A stretch of DNA of 64,000 nt from assembly GCA_044221725.1 (NCBI GenBank), contig JBGAON010000002.1:403000-466999 (forward strand), read 5' to 3'. Positions 37,620 to 48,662 of this stretch are shown here, one piece after another; position 1 is the first letter of the stretch, and every line of letters begins with the position of its first letter. The notes beneath the pieces are model-generated. The model had not been told where the DNA came from. It worked only from the letters and a program-made list of their open reading frames with translations, and did not search any database. The DNA is from Elusimicrobiota bacterium. Lineage in GTDB: Bacteria > Elusimicrobiota > Elusimicrobia > F11. The position numbers and the translations under genes are program-made.

Positions 37620-38408
37620 TTATTTGTTCCAGCACAACACGCGGTTTCGGCCAGCGTGTTTTGCAGCGTACAATGCTTCGTCGGCTGCGTTAAAAAGATC
37701 TTCTCTGGTTCTTAGCTGGTCCGCGGGATAGTTCACAAGCCCTATGCTGACGGTGACCGTCACGCGTTTTCCGGCCAACTCAAAACAGTCTTTTTCGATC
37801 ATCTTTCGAATTCGTTCGGCAATGGCGAGCGCTTTCTCCTGATTTGTGTGCGGCAAGATCACCATGAACTCCTCGCCGCCAAGCCGGCCCACCGTATCAA
37901 CATGCCGCAAGCTTTTTTTGAGAATGTTCGAGATTCGTTTCAAAACCGTATCGCCAAACGGGTGACCGTATTTGTCGTTGATTTTTTTGAAGTGATCGAT
38001 ATCAATCAACAAACACGTCAGCGGCGAGCGGTACGAATTTTCCAATTCCAGTTCCAGTCGCTCGTGCGTGGCGCGCGCGTTTAAAAGCCCGGTGAGTCCA
38101 TCGCTGTCGGCCCGCTGCGAGAGCTCAAAATTATCGTCTCGAGCCGCTCGGGAATTCATTTCGAGGTCATCGTGGTGTTGACCGATAAGATAACCCAAGA
38201 GCGCGAACAAGCACGCGCTAGAGATGCCCATAAACAAATAAAAACTGTCCATGCGGTGAAGCTCGGTTTTCAACCACATGTGCCACCAGGCCGAGCGCGC
38301 GGAATAGGCGCGCCAAACGATCCAGTGCAGCGGGATTTCGAATCCCAGAAAAACGCCTGCGACAGCGTAGATAATGCGATTGCCCACGGTGGGTCCGGTT
38401 TCGGACAT
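37620..38408 (-). CDS. membrane-anchored diguanylate cyclase (GGDEF)
   Basis: 262 aa; two N-terminal TM helices; LTGLLNARA, DIDHFKKINDKYGHPFGD, RLGGEEF (intact GGEEF), SIGLV blocks. Confidence 0.85.
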   Translation of the reverse strand: MSETGPTVGNRIIYAVAGVFLGFEIPLHWIVWRAYSARSAWWHMWLKTELHRMDSFYLFMGISSACLFALLGYLIGQHHDDLEMNSRAARDDNFELSQRADSDGLTGLLNARATHERLELELENSYRSPLTCLLIDIDHFKKINDKYGHPFGDTVLKRISNILKKSLRHVDTVGRLGGEEFMVILPHTNQEKALAIAERIRKMIEKDCFELAGKRVTVTVSIGLVNYPADQLRTREDLFNAADEALYAAKHAGRNRVLCWNK

Positions 38409-38508
38409 ACTCGAGTTTTGTTGGTACGGGGCGCCCAGCGCAAGTCATTATTATTTGGTACATTTCACTCATCCGCACCCTACCTGAGCGGTTTCCTTCT
38501 TTAACGTA

Positions 38509-39411
38509 ATGGACATTCTCGATCAGCTCGAACAACAAAGTGTTTATATTCTTCGCGAGGCGTTCCGACACTTCGAACGCCTCTGTATGCTTTGGTCCAT
38601 TGGCAAGGATTCCACGGTGCTTCTTTGGCTTGCACGCAAGGCATTTTTCGGACATGTTCCGTTTCCGTTGGTTCACATCGACACCAGCTACAAAATTCCC
38701 GAAATGATCCAATATCGCGACAAGCTCGCGATGGAATACAAACTCACAATGGTTGTGGGCCAAAATGAGGAAATTCTTAAAGCCGGTAAAACCTTCCCAT
38801 TGACACAACACCTGCCCGAAGGTCACCCCGATAAAATCAGTCGACTCCAATGTTGCGGGTTCTTAAAAAAAGATGCGCTGACGAACACGTTGAATGGTTC
38901 GTGGCCGCGAAAGCGTCTCAATCTCAAAAGCGGTAAATACGAATTGGATCCGGACAAACAACCGTACCACGGTGTTATCGTGGGCGCGCGTGCCGATGAA
39001 GAAGGAAGCCGGTCAAAGGAGCGTTATTTTTCACCGCGCGACAAAAACAATCTATGGGATATTGGCGAACAGCCGCCCGAATTTTGGAATCAGTTTAAAA
39101 CCGATTTCGCACCCGGAACGCACGTACGAATTCACCCGCTGTTGGATTGGACCGAGCTCCACATCTGGGAATACATCAAACGCGAAAATATTCCGACGGT
39201 GTCCTTGTATTACGACCAGGGCAATGGCACGCGTTACCGCAGCTTGGGTTGCGCGCCGTGCCAGGCTCCCATTGAGAGCAAAGCAAAGAATGTGGACGAC
39301 ATCATCGCCGAACTTAAAAGCGGAAAACTGAAAAATATCGCCGAGCGTTCGGGTCGGCTGCAAGATGGCAAGCACGGGTTGGAAGAGCTGCGCCGCGAAG
39401 GGTACATGTGA
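38509..39411 (+). CDS. cysD: sulfate adenylyltransferase subunit 2
   Basis: 300 aa; PP-loop SIGKDS; CysD-like throughout. Confidence 0.9.
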   Translation: MDILDQLEQQSVYILREAFRHFERLCMLWSIGKDSTVLLWLARKAFFGHVPFPLVHIDTSYKIPEMIQYRDKLAMEYKLTMVVGQNEEILKAGKTFPLTQHLPEGHPDKISRLQCCGFLKKDALTNTLNGSWPRKRLNLKSGKYELDPDKQPYHGVIVGARADEEGSRSKERYFSPRDKNNLWDIGEQPPEFWNQFKTDFAPGTHVRIHPLLDWTELHIWEYIKRENIPTVSLYYDQGNGTRYRSLGCAPCQAPIESKAKNVDDIIAELKSGKLKNIAERSGRLQDGKHGLEELRREGYM

Positions 39412-41192
39412 AGGCCCAAATGAACATCGTGATCGTTGGGCACGTCGACCACGGAAAAAGCACGGTGGTTGGGCGGCTTTTGGCCGATACCGGTTCGTTG
39501 CCGGAAGGAAAGCTCGAAGCCGTCCGGAAAGAATGCGAGCGAACCGGAAAACCGTTTGAGTACGCGTTCTTGTTGGACGCTCTGTCCGACGAGCAAGACC
39601 AAGGTATCACAATCGACACGGCGCGTTCGTTTTTCAAAACGGCGAAACGCGATTACATCATCATTGATGCGCCGGGTCACATTGAATTCCTAAAGAACAT
39701 GATCTCCGGTGCCGCGCGCGCCGAGGCCGCTGCGCTCATCATTGACGCGAAGGAAGGCGTTCGGGAAAACAGTCGTCGCCACGGTTATATTCTTTCAATG
39801 CTCGGTATCAAACAGGTTGTCGTCTGCGTGAACAAAATGGATCTCGTGGACCGGAGCGAGGCGCACTTTAAGAACATTGAAAAAGAGTACCGTGAGTTCC
39901 TGGCGTCCATTGGTGCGGTGAGCCCGAAACATTTTATTCCGGTGTCAGCGGTCAACGGCGAAAACCTGGCGCAGCGCAGCACGAAAATGTCGTGGTACAA
40001 AGGCCCCACATTGCTGGAATCGTTGGACGAGTTTGAAAAAGCGCCGCCAAAAAGTGATCGCGCTTTGCGCATGCCGGTGCAAGCGGTTTACAAATTTGTG
40101 AGCGAAGGCGATGACCGTCGCATTATCGCGGGCCGTATCGAATCGGGACGCGCCAAGGTCGGAGACAAAGTGGTGTTCCTGCCCTCCAACAAAAGCAGCG
40201 TTATTCGAACAATCGAGGGTTTTAATACGTCGCCGCGAAAGGAAATTGAAGCAGGTTGGTCGACGGGTTTTACGTTGAATGAAGAAATATATATCACGCG
40301 TGGCGAAATCATGAGCCTCGAGTCCAGTGCGCCCCACGTCAGCACGCGCTTTCGCACCAATTTGATTTGGCTCGGCAAAAAACCGTTTGCACCAAAAAAA
40401 GACTACAAACTGAAAATTCATACCCAGGCCGTGCCGGTTCAGATCAGCAAGATCAAAAAGGTGATCGACGCTTCCGAGGCGGGCAGCGCGTTGGACAAAA
40501 ACTTTGTCGGTCGCCACGACGTGGCCGATGTTGTTCTCGAAACCCGACAGCCGATTGCGTTTGACACGATTTCGGAAGCGGAATCGACGGGCCGCTTTGT
40601 TATTGTGGACGGCTACGATATTGCGGGCGGTGGGATTATCACGGCGCCTGAGAAAGATGAGCAAGACGAATTCCGTGCCGAAGCGCGTCGGCGAGACTTT
40701 CATTGGATTCGAGGTGCCGTTTCACGATCCGCACGTGCCGAAAAGTTTGGCCATCAAGCGGCACTTGTGATGTTTGTGGGGAAAGCGGGTGTCGGCAAAC
40801 ATCGATTTGCGGGGGCGGTTGAGAAATCATTGTTCGATCGAGGCATGTCATCTTATCTGTTGGACGGCACAAACGTGTTGCTTGGTGTGGACGCTGATTT
40901 GGTTTGGGTCGAATCAACGCAACACGAATTGGTTCGCCGTTTTGCCGAAGTTGTGCATATTCTTCTGGACGCGGGGCACCTGGTTGTTTCGACGACCAAT
41001 TCCATTGGGCTTGCTGACCTCGCGGCCGTTCAAGCGCTTATTCCTGATTTCCCAGTGATTGCGGTGGAAATCGATCCGTCCGGATCAACGATTCAACAGA
41101 GCGATTTGCGTTTAAGTGGGAAGGAACAGGAAACAGACGTGGTAAAAAAAGTGTCCGACATTCTCGTTAAGCGCCAGATTGTCAATTCTTAA
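39408..41192 (+). CDS. cysN: sulfate adenylyltransferase subunit 1 (GTPase) fused to a degenerate APS-kinase-like C-terminal domain
   Basis: [18 protein letters not shown] GTPase motifs. The last ~165 aa are collinear with CysC but with an altered P-loop (GKAGVGKHR) and DGT in place of DGD. Start overlaps the cysD stop. Confidence 0.85.
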   Translation: MKAQMNIVIVGHVDHGKSTVVGRLLADTGSLPEGKLEAVRKECERTGKPFEYAFLLDALSDEQDQGITIDTARSFFKTAKRDYIIIDAPGHIEFLKNMISGAARAEAAALIIDAKEGVRENSRRHGYILSMLGIKQVVVCVNKMDLVDRSEAHFKNIEKEYREFLASIGAVSPKHFIPVSAVNGENLAQRSTKMSWYKGPTLLESLDEFEKAPPKSDRALRMPVQAVYKFVSEGDDRRIIAGRIESGRAKVGDKVVFLPSNKSSVIRTIEGFNTSPRKEIEAGWSTGFTLNEEIYITRGEIMSLESSAPHVSTRFRTNLIWLGKKPFAPKKDYKLKIHTQAVPVQISKIKKVIDASEAGSALDKNFVGRHDVADVVLETRQPIAFDTISEAESTGRFVIVDGYDIAGGGIITAPEKDEQDEFRAEARRRDFHWIRGAVSRSARAEKFGHQAALVMFVGKAGVGKHRFAGAVEKSLFDRGMSSYLLDGTNVLLGVDADLVWVESTQHELVRRFAEVVHILLDAGHLVVSTTNSIGLADLAAVQALIPDFPVIAVEIDPSGSTIQQSDLRLSGKEQETDVVKKVSDILVKRQIVNS

Positions 41193-43453
41193 ATTTTCTT
41201 CCGAAAAAATTTCATCAACCATCCTTTAAATCCACCCGGGTGCAGCGTGCAAAATACGGTGGGCTCTGTGCCGGTGACAAAGATTTCTTCTTTCTGATTG
41301 GGACAGCCGCTGCGTGCCAAAAGCCCGGACGCCGGATCAATCTTTACTGTTGTGACGCCGGCCGGTTTTTCAAAATCGGCCGGTACGCGGTCGCCGTAAT
41401 AATTCTTCATGAACGATACCCATACGGGCAACGCATTTTTTGTACCGGACAAATGCGCAGCGCGAGCTTCATCGTCACCGACCCAAACGCCAGCAAGAAG
41501 GTCCGCTGTGTAACCAATAAACCACGCGTCGCGACCCGCGTTTGTTGTTCCGGTTTTGCCCGCGCTTGTACCGCTCCAGCCCAGCTCTTTCGCGGTTTTC
41601 GCGGTTCCGTCGGTGACGGTTGTTTGCAACAGCGACGTCACGAGGTAGGAGAGGGCTGGTTCCAATACTTGCTGCCGTTCGCTTGTGTTTCTTTCCAGCA
41701 CATTGTTTTCATAGTCAGCGACCGCGGTCACGAGATAAGGATTCACGTGGAATCCGCCGTTGGCAAACGCCGCGTACGCCGACGTCAGTTCAAATGGAGT
41801 TACTTCGGACGCGCCCAGCGCAAGTGCGAGACTGTTTTCGAGAGGAGACTCAATGCCAACGCGTGTTGCAAATTTGACGACGTTGTGCGTGCCGAGCTTT
41901 TGAGCGAGGTCCAGCGATGCGCCGTTCATCGAATGGGCCAACGCATCCCGCAAAGTCACGGCTCCTCGGTAAACGCCGTCAAAATTCCGAGGGGCCCAAA
42001 CTTTTTTTCCTGTGCGATAAGCGCGCGGTTGATCTTGCAGAAGTGACGCTGGAGTGAAACCGTTTTCGAGAGCCGCCCCGTAAAGAAAAGGTTTAAACGC
42101 ACTGCCCGGTTGGCGGCGAGCTTGCGTGGCGCGATTAAACTGACTTTCTTTAAAATTTTTTCCACCGACCAACGCGGCAACCGCACCCGTGCGCGGATCG
42201 AGCACGACGACGGCCGCTTGATTCTTTTGCGTTTTGACGGCGGTCTGGGCCAGGCGCTGCGCGCGCGGATCCAGGGTCGAATAAATCTTTAGCCCATAGC
42301 GAAACAACACATCCTCACTAAAGTGAGGCACAAGTTGACGGATGACTTCGGCCACGAAGTAATCGTTGTTGTTCGCGGTTTCCGGCCCGGGCGTTGTTTT
42401 TCGATTTCGAACGATAACCGGCAATGAGCTGGCTTTTACGTATTCGGGCTCGGTGAGAAAGGTTTCATCCATCATGACGCGCAACACGGTGTCGCGGCGT
42501 TCGCGCGCCGCGCGAATATTTTGAAACGGGTTGTAGCGGTAGGGCGACCGGATAATTCCAGCCAGGAGAGCCGATTCGGACACGTCCAGGTTTTTGAGTG
42601 GTTTGCCAAAATAATAATCGGCGGCCGCTTTTACGCCGGCGATGCTCACGGCGCCATCCTGCCCCATATAAATCTGATTGAGGTACAGAGTGAGAATTCG
42701 TTCTTTCGAAAATCGGAAGTTTAGGTACACGGCAAAAGCGGCTTCCATAAGTTTTCTTTGCAACGTGCGTTCTTGGGTGAGGAAAAAATTCTTTGCCAGC
42801 TGCTGCGTGATCGTGCTTCCGCCTTGCAAATTCTTTCGGTGGCGCAGGTTGTACCACGCGGCACGCAAAATGGCGCGGAAGTCGAGCCCGTTGTGCTTAT
42901 AGAAACGCCGGTCTTCGACCGCCACGACGGCATCCAAAAGCGATTGGGGAAAATCGGTCCACGCGGCCGGTTCGCGACGCACTTTTTGCGGACCGGAGAG
43001 TTCCGCGACGACCTCCGGTTCGAGTGACACCTGGTCCAACACGTTCCCGTTTCCATCGGTCAGCGTCCAGTGGTTGTCGGATTCTCGGGTGAGTGAAATG
43101 ACGATGGGTGTTTGCACGAGCGACGGTGTTTGGAAGCCGCGCAACGCGATTTTGATCGAAGAGGAATTCACGTCAAACGAACCCAGAGCGAGCGGCGTGG
43201 CGTTCGTCGCCCGATAATCGAGTTCTTTCAAACGCTCCAACAGCTCCGAGGTTGACACGCTGTCGTGGTTGCGAATCGTCCAGGCCGATGAATAAATTTT
43301 CGTTGGGAAACGATCGCCCAGTCCGCCCGGAACCAATTTCGCGAGCCGGTATTCGGAATACAATACGACACTCACCATGCCAGTGGTGGCAAGCATTAAC
43401 AGAACGAGAGCGCCAATAACAAACTTGTTTCGGAAAACTTTTTTTCGGAACAA
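41189..43453 (-). CDS. mrcA: class A penicillin-binding protein (PBP1A-type)
   Basis: 754 aa; N-terminal TM anchor, GT51 motifs ([17 protein letters not shown]; [12 protein letters not shown]), transpeptidase SAFKP, SMN and KTGT motifs. Confidence 0.9.
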   Translation of the reverse strand: MFRKKVFRNKFVIGALVLLMLATTGMVSVVLYSEYRLAKLVPGGLGDRFPTKIYSSAWTIRNHDSVSTSELLERLKELDYRATNATPLALGSFDVNSSSIKIALRGFQTPSLVQTPIVISLTRESDNHWTLTDGNGNVLDQVSLEPEVVAELSGPQKVRREPAAWTDFPQSLLDAVVAVEDRRFYKHNGLDFRAILRAAWYNLRHRKNLQGGSTITQQLAKNFFLTQERTLQRKLMEAAFAVYLNFRFSKERILTLYLNQIYMGQDGAVSIAGVKAAADYYFGKPLKNLDVSESALLAGIIRSPYRYNPFQNIRAARERRDTVLRVMMDETFLTEPEYVKASSLPVIVRNRKTTPGPETANNNDYFVAEVIRQLVPHFSEDVLFRYGLKIYSTLDPRAQRLAQTAVKTQKNQAAVVVLDPRTGAVAALVGGKNFKESQFNRATQARRQPGSAFKPFLYGAALENGFTPASLLQDQPRAYRTGKKVWAPRNFDGVYRGAVTLRDALAHSMNGASLDLAQKLGTHNVVKFATRVGIESPLENSLALALGASEVTPFELTSAYAAFANGGFHVNPYLVTAVADYENNVLERNTSERQQVLEPALSYLVTSLLQTTVTDGTAKTAKELGWSGTSAGKTGTTNAGRDAWFIGYTADLLAGVWVGDDEARAAHLSGTKNALPVWVSFMKNYYGDRVPADFEKPAGVTTVKIDPASGLLARSGCPNQKEEIFVTGTEPTVFCTLHPGGFKGWLMKFFRKKI

Positions 43454-43556
43454 AACCTAAATTCCTCTGGAAAATTCAATCATTTTCCACCACCTTTGTT
43501 ATGCAATTTCAAAATGCTAAGAACCATTACCTTGTGAGGATCGGAGCCCGATAGCA

Positions 43557-43955
43557 ATGAGACGCAGTTTTATTACGCATCCGCGTTACCAAATTGGTTT
43601 TGTGTTGGCGTTTGTGCGCGGTGTGTTGGTCGCCATGGCAATTCCAGGATTCATGCTTTTCTTTACGCTTTATCTCCTCGCACAGGATCCATCGCTAACC
43701 TTTTATCAAAAGGCCATTTTACTCGAGGGTAGCAATCGCATGGTGATGATTTTTTTCAAGTGTGCGACTGTGACGGCCGGCGTTTTTGCATTGATCGCTG
43801 CCTATCTGTCCTACAAGTACGCGGGACCGATTCGACGGATCGAAGACTGGCTCGTGCAATATGTTACGCACGCATTTGCGCATCCGTTAACGCTGCGACC
43901 GCGGGATGAGTTGTCGACGGTAGCGAAGTTGTTAAACCGAATTCTAGAGAGATAG
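43557..43955 (+). CDS. small two-TM membrane protein with HAMP-like cytoplasmic motif (paralogue 1)
   Basis: 132 aa; two hydrophobic helices, then GPIRRIEDWL...RDELSTVAKLLNRIL, resembling HAMP AS1/AS2 helices; no output domain. Confidence 0.5.
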   Translation: MRRSFITHPRYQIGFVLAFVRGVLVAMAIPGFMLFFTLYLLAQDPSLTFYQKAILLEGSNRMVMIFFKCATVTAGVFALIAAYLSYKYAGPIRRIEDWLVQYVTHAFAHPLTLRPRDELSTVAKLLNRILER

Positions 43956-43959
43956 AATC

Positions 43960-44391
43960 ATGCAATCACGTTTAATTTATCATCCGCTGCTCAAACACCA
44001 ACGAAGCTTCTCAATATTTGTCCTCTATTTCGTCGCGGTAACAGCGACCGTTGGTATTCTCGTGCGTCATTTGTTATCCGCAGTGAATCTGGCCGGGATT
44101 AGCTTGAGTCTTTTCCCGACAGATAATAATCCGGTGCTCGTCATTCTGTTATCGCCTTACTTTCATCTTGCGCTCGCGCTTTTTTCGATTGCCGTTGGCG
44201 CTGGTATAACGTCAACTTATATCGTCGGGCACATCCGCCGAATTGAGGATTGGTTACGCGATTGGGACGCGGGTATGGAAGTAAAACCGTTTAAGCAGCG
44301 CGCTGGCGATGTGGCCTATGAAAATATCATCGTGATGATGAATCAGCTGTACGAGAAGTCCAGAGAAAAGAAACGACGGCCGAAGAAGTAA
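43960..44391 (+). CDS. small two-TM membrane protein with HAMP-like cytoplasmic motif (paralogue 2)
   Basis: 143 aa; same architecture and the shared block GHIRRIEDWL; Lys/Arg-rich C-terminus; 4 nt after paralogue 1. Confidence 0.5.
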   Translation: MQSRLIYHPLLKHQRSFSIFVLYFVAVTATVGILVRHLLSAVNLAGISLSLFPTDNNPVLVILLSPYFHLALALFSIAVGAGITSTYIVGHIRRIEDWLRDWDAGMEVKPFKQRAGDVAYENIIVMMNQLYEKSREKKRRPKK

Positions 44392-44397
44392 CCTTTC

Positions 44398-45945
44398 TTG
44401 AATCGACGTCATAGCGCTGTTTCACTATTATCTATCGTTGTCGGTTTGGGATTCCTGGTCGTTTATTTGCTCACCACAAACCAAATTTTCTCGTTTGATG
44501 CGATCACAAATGCGATCGCTTGTGAGACAAACGAGCCCATCCGCTGGTTTCATTCGAATCATCCTCTTTATCCATTCCTAGGTGTTGTGTGGTATCGCGT
44601 CGAGCGGTTCTTCGGTTTTACCGGATACTCCGTTTATTCACTGGCCCGGTTAAACTCGCTTTTAATGGCCAGCGCGCTGGCGCTGTGCGCCTTTTCACTT
44701 GGAAAGAGATTAAAAATGTTTCCGATGGTGGCGGTTTTCCTCGGCACGACATTCGGGGTGTGGAATTACGCTGTTGATGGAAGAGCCATCGGTGCATCGG
44801 TTTTCTTCTCGGCCGTCGTCATTTCGTACCTGTTACGCATCGGCGAACAAGAAGAAATTTCGGCTGCAGAGGCCGCGCTTCTCGGGATATTTTCCAGTGT
44901 CACTATTCTCGTGCACGGAATGAATGTGTTCCACCTTTTTCCGATTGTCGTTTGGCTGAGAACCGCCAAGAAAAATAAGAAAGCAAGTTTCGTTTATCTG
45001 GCCACGGTGGTTGGTGTTGTTGGTTTTGTTTATACCGCTCTCTATCTCATCGTTGTTCGCCCTGGCACCGGTGGCACACTATTGGATTGGGCGCTTGGGT
45101 ACGCCGGTTACGGCGGAAGTCGCAACGCGCTTAACAGCCAATTTTGGGCCGATAGCGCTCAAACGGTTTTGCGCGGCGCGTGGTTCGGCTGGGTGCATGT
45201 CTTTTTTACGCCTTCCTCGAGCAGGTTTGTCGAGGGAATTTCGATTGCAGGCACACTTTTCATGCTGGTCATGGTCGGCACCGCCTTTTACCGGATTAAA
45301 TTTCTCGAGCGGGAGCAGCGATCGCTCGCGTTGCTGCTCGTTTTTTGGGGGGTGTTGGATGGACTATTTCTATTGTTTTGGAGTCCCGGGCAAGAAGGGT
45401 TTCGCCTGCACGTGTTGGTGCCATGGATCGTGGTTGTTGGATTGTCTCTCAGGTCCCGCCTCGTCAATTGGATGTTCGCTGGATTGTCCGTGCTCTTTTT
45501 CTATGTGAATTTCACGTTCGGAATTTTCCCGGCGGCATTTATTCAGAACAACGTTGGATATCAAAGCCTGCGCACCATCCGCGATCGCATTCACCGCGGC
45601 GACGTTGTGCTCACGGGGGAATCCGGCGTGATTCCAGGAATCGAAGTTATGTTGCCGTATTTCTTTCCCGATTTGGCCGGCGGTACAATCGATGGAAGAT
45701 TAATGGCGTTCCGCGAGAGGGATCTCGGTCCGCTTCTTTCTCATTTGGAACAAAAATCAAGAGCCGGATTTCGCATATATTTTACCGACGACATTATGAG
45801 TCCCAACACGCAGAGACGTATCGAACAACACCGCGGGCTTCGGACAGGCGAAGTCCAGAATTTTGTCAGACATTTTCGCGTGGCGGACGGTTTTGATTTG
45901 CCGAGCGGAGCGCGGGTGCTACGAATGGAAGTGCTGGCGGGCTAA
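44398..45945 (+). CDS. polytopic membrane protein, possible GT-C-like glycosyltransferase
   Basis: 515 aa; many TM helices; first loop block NEPIRWFHSNHPLYPFLG resembles the HPPL block of the 36315 protein; 6 nt after paralogue 2. Confidence 0.5.
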   Translation: MNRRHSAVSLLSIVVGLGFLVVYLLTTNQIFSFDAITNAIACETNEPIRWFHSNHPLYPFLGVVWYRVERFFGFTGYSVYSLARLNSLLMASALALCAFSLGKRLKMFPMVAVFLGTTFGVWNYAVDGRAIGASVFFSAVVISYLLRIGEQEEISAAEAALLGIFSSVTILVHGMNVFHLFPIVVWLRTAKKNKKASFVYLATVVGVVGFVYTALYLIVVRPGTGGTLLDWALGYAGYGGSRNALNSQFWADSAQTVLRGAWFGWVHVFFTPSSSRFVEGISIAGTLFMLVMVGTAFYRIKFLEREQRSLALLLVFWGVLDGLFLLFWSPGQEGFRLHVLVPWIVVVGLSLRSRLVNWMFAGLSVLFFYVNFTFGIFPAAFIQNNVGYQSLRTIRDRIHRGDVVLTGESGVIPGIEVMLPYFFPDLAGGTIDGRLMAFRERDLGPLLSHLEQKSRAGFRIYFTDDIMSPNTQRRIEQHRGLRTGEVQNFVRHFRVADGFDLPSGARVLRMEVLAG

Positions 45946-47034
45946 CTATTTAACGGGCTCGAGTCCCGGATTTCCCGGAGAACCTTGCATCTTGAGGCGC
46001 AAATCGTTTGGATTCGACGCGTAGTTGAGCGCATCCTGCGGCGAGATGAGTCCTTCCTCGAACATCCGAAGCAAGTCCTGATCAAACAAATGCATGCCGT
46101 AGGCGCCGCTCTTCTCGATCAAGAATTTCACTTCGTTCGCACTGCTCGCGAGCAACAGCTTTTTCATTTGTGAACTTCCCAGCATAATCTCCGTGGCGGG
46201 GAAAACTGTACGCCCGTTTTTTTCCGGAACCAACCGTTGACTGAGAATGGCCGTGAGCACATTCGTTAGTTGCAATCGAACGTACGGTTGTTCCTGAAAA
46301 TCAAACGTGTTCACGATCCGATCGACCGCGTCGAGCGTATCGCTGCTGTGAACGGTTCCAATGACCAAATGTCCCGACCCAGCTCCTTCGATTGCGGCAC
46401 GAAATGTTTCCGAGGAAATCATTTCTCCGATCACAATAACGTCGGGATCCTGACGAAGAATATGCGCCAATCCATCTCGGAAATTCTCCACATCCTTGCC
46501 GACTTCGCGCTGGGATATGGAGCTTTTCTTGCGGGTGTGCACAAATTCCAACGGGTCCTCGAGAGTGATGATGTTGTACGAGAAGTTTTCGTTCATGTAG
46601 TTGAGAATCGCGTTTAGCGTCGTGGTTTTGCCCGCCCCGGTCACACCCGAAATCAAAAACAGTCCGCGCCGCGACCGGCAGAGCTTTTCCAGCGTGTCCT
46701 TCGGCAGCCCGAGCTCCTGAAAGCTTTTTGATTCCGTGGGAATGATTCGAATGGCGAGCGCCGTTGTGCCACGTTGCCGATACAGATTTATGCGCAAGCG
46801 GCCGACCCCTTCCATTGGAATTGAGAAATCGAGCCCCGAATTCTTTTGAAATTGGTTTTTCTGCGCTTCGGTCATCAACGGATTGATGATCCCTTCTATA
46901 TCTTCGGGTTTTAATGGAGTGGTTCCAACCGGAATCAACTGGCCAAGCATGCGAACAAGCGGCGGTTCGTTCGCTTTGAGGTGGAGGTCCGACACACCCG
47001 GTTTAACAACTTTGTCCAAGAGAGCTTTCAGCAC
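45946..47034 (-). CDS. pilT: type IV pilus retraction ATPase PilT
   Basis: 362 aa; Walker A GVTGAGKTT, Asp box, Walker B and His box (GTVHSS); PilT/PilU family. Confidence 0.85.
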   Translation of the reverse strand: MLKALLDKVVKPGVSDLHLKANEPPLVRMLGQLIPVGTTPLKPEDIEGIINPLMTEAQKNQFQKNSGLDFSIPMEGVGRLRINLYRQRGTTALAIRIIPTESKSFQELGLPKDTLEKLCRSRRGLFLISGVTGAGKTTTLNAILNYMNENFSYNIITLEDPLEFVHTRKKSSISQREVGKDVENFRDGLAHILRQDPDVIVIGEMISSETFRAAIEGAGSGHLVIGTVHSSDTLDAVDRIVNTFDFQEQPYVRLQLTNVLTAILSQRLVPEKNGRTVFPATEIMLGSSQMKKLLLASSANEVKFLIEKSGAYGMHLFDQDLLRMFEEGLISPQDALNYASNPNDLRLKMQGSPGNPGLEPVK

Positions 47035-47101
47035 CTTCCATGGATAACGGGTTTTCGTCGATTTTTCAACGGATTTCCGCGTTTCAGGACGTTAAAGAAT
47101 C

Positions 47102-47929
47102 TTGCGCTCAGCCAGACATTTTCCTACTTTGAATTCAATGGCCGCGATAGAGAGACGTTCGGATCCCACGGTTTTAAGCATTCGCAAAATTCGCGATGGA
47201 AAAGACCGGTCTCAGGTTTTTTGCGAGGGATTCACGATTGTCGAGGAACTGTTTCACTCCGATTGGACGCCGACCGGCGTCTGTTGCACGAAAGACCACC
47301 TCGCCGAAGCGAAGCAAATCGTCTCTCGGTCCCGGTACTCTGCTGTTCCAATTCGTGTGCTGAGCCAAAATGTAATGGATTTCTGTTCGGATTTGAGCAC
47401 GGCGCCCGGAATTTTGGCAACGGCAAAACCGACCACCGCATCCTCCACCCAAAAAACAAAAGCGGGATCAGCACTCGTGCTGGTTATTCACGGCGTTCAA
47501 CTTCCTCAAAATGTGGGATCGTTGGTGCGGACGGCCGAGGGCGCGGGCGTCAGCGAAATTTTCGTGACGTCCACCACGGCGGACCCGTTCGGCCCCAAAG
47601 CGATCCGCGGATCGGCCGGCAGCATTTTTCGGATGCCTGTCTCGAAATTCGACTCGCTTAAAGCGGCGGTGGAAATTCTCCGGAAACAAAACATTTCATC
47701 GTATGCGGCCACGGCCAATGGGGCGCTCGCTTACGACGAAGTTAATTGGAAAAATGATTCGGCGCTGATTATGGGATCCGAAGGGGCCGGATTTGCGAAG
47801 CAAGAACTCGACGCCTGCGACGAAACAATTCGGATTCCGATGAGCGGGAAAGTGGAGTCTTTGAACGTGTCGAACGCGGCCGCGGTTTGCCTTTTTGAAG
47901 CGGCGCGCCAGAGGAATCATGGATCTTAA
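47102..47929 (+). CDS. SpoU/TrmH-family RNA 2'-O-methyltransferase
   Basis: 275 aa; C-terminal SpoU motifs (LIMGSEGAG; ESLNVSNAAAVCLFE). Confidence 0.8.
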   Translation: MRSARHFPTLNSMAAIERRSDPTVLSIRKIRDGKDRSQVFCEGFTIVEELFHSDWTPTGVCCTKDHLAEAKQIVSRSRYSAVPIRVLSQNVMDFCSDLSTAPGILATAKPTTASSTQKTKAGSALVLVIHGVQLPQNVGSLVRTAEGAGVSEIFVTSTTADPFGPKAIRGSAGSIFRMPVSKFDSLKAAVEILRKQNISSYAATANGALAYDEVNWKNDSALIMGSEGAGFAKQELDACDETIRIPMSGKVESLNVSNAAAVCLFEAARQRNHGS

Positions 47930-48653
47930 AAATAGAGTCGTGTGGATTGTCGGTGGCGCCCGGATTGGATCTATCGTTGCGGAGGAGCTGGCGAAGCGAG
48001 GGGCTCACATTGCGCTCTCGTATCGATCGTCGCGGGATGCCGCGCAGCAAACAGCGAAGCGCGTTCAACAATTCGGAGTTCGTTCGGGTATTTTTAAGGG
48101 CGATGTCACGAAAAGCGGTGACGTGAAAAAAATAATCGGTCAGATTGCAAAAACGTTTGGAAAGCTTAACGTGCTTGTGAACATGGCGTCAATCTACGAA
48201 AAGACGCCGCTAGCAAAACTAACGGAAGCCGATTGGGAGAAGAGCATCGCCGCAAATCTCAAATCCGCTTTTCTTACCGTTCTTCATGGCCAGGCCTTGC
48301 TGGAAAAATCCGAAGGTCGCGTTGTCAACTTTTCTGATTGGGTTGCCGGCAGCGGTCGACCGCGCTACACGGATTTCTTGCCCTACTTCACTGCGAAGTC
48401 GGGTGTGATCGGGCTCACACAAGCGCAGGCGCTCGAGCTGGCGCCAAAGATTTTGGTGAACGCAATCGCGCCCGGTCCGATTCTTCCACCAAAAGGGATA
48501 AAGAATGAGGAAGTCGACGATGTGGCGAGCGTCACGCCGCTCAAAAAATGGGGAGGACCAATGGAGATTGCGAAAGCCGTCATCTTTCTTTGCGAAACCG
48601 ATTTCGTCACGGGCGAATGTTTGCGCGTGGACGGCGGTCGGCATCTCTACTAG
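47919..48653 (+). CDS. short-chain dehydrogenase/reductase (SDR) family oxidoreductase
   Basis: Start at ATG after GAGGA. Gly-rich NAD(P)-binding turn (VGGARIGS), YxxxK (YFTAK), and PG motif. Confidence 0.8.
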   Translation: MDLKNRVVWIVGGARIGSIVAEELAKRGAHIALSYRSSRDAAQQTAKRVQQFGVRSGIFKGDVTKSGDVKKIIGQIAKTFGKLNVLVNMASIYEKTPLAKLTEADWEKSIAANLKSAFLTVLHGQALLEKSEGRVVNFSDWVAGSGRPRYTDFLPYFTAKSGVIGLTQAQALELAPKILVNAIAPGPILPPKGIKNEEVDDVASVTPLKKWGGPMEIAKAVIFLCETDFVTGECLRVDGGRHLY

Positions 48654-48662
48654 AATCCGAAC

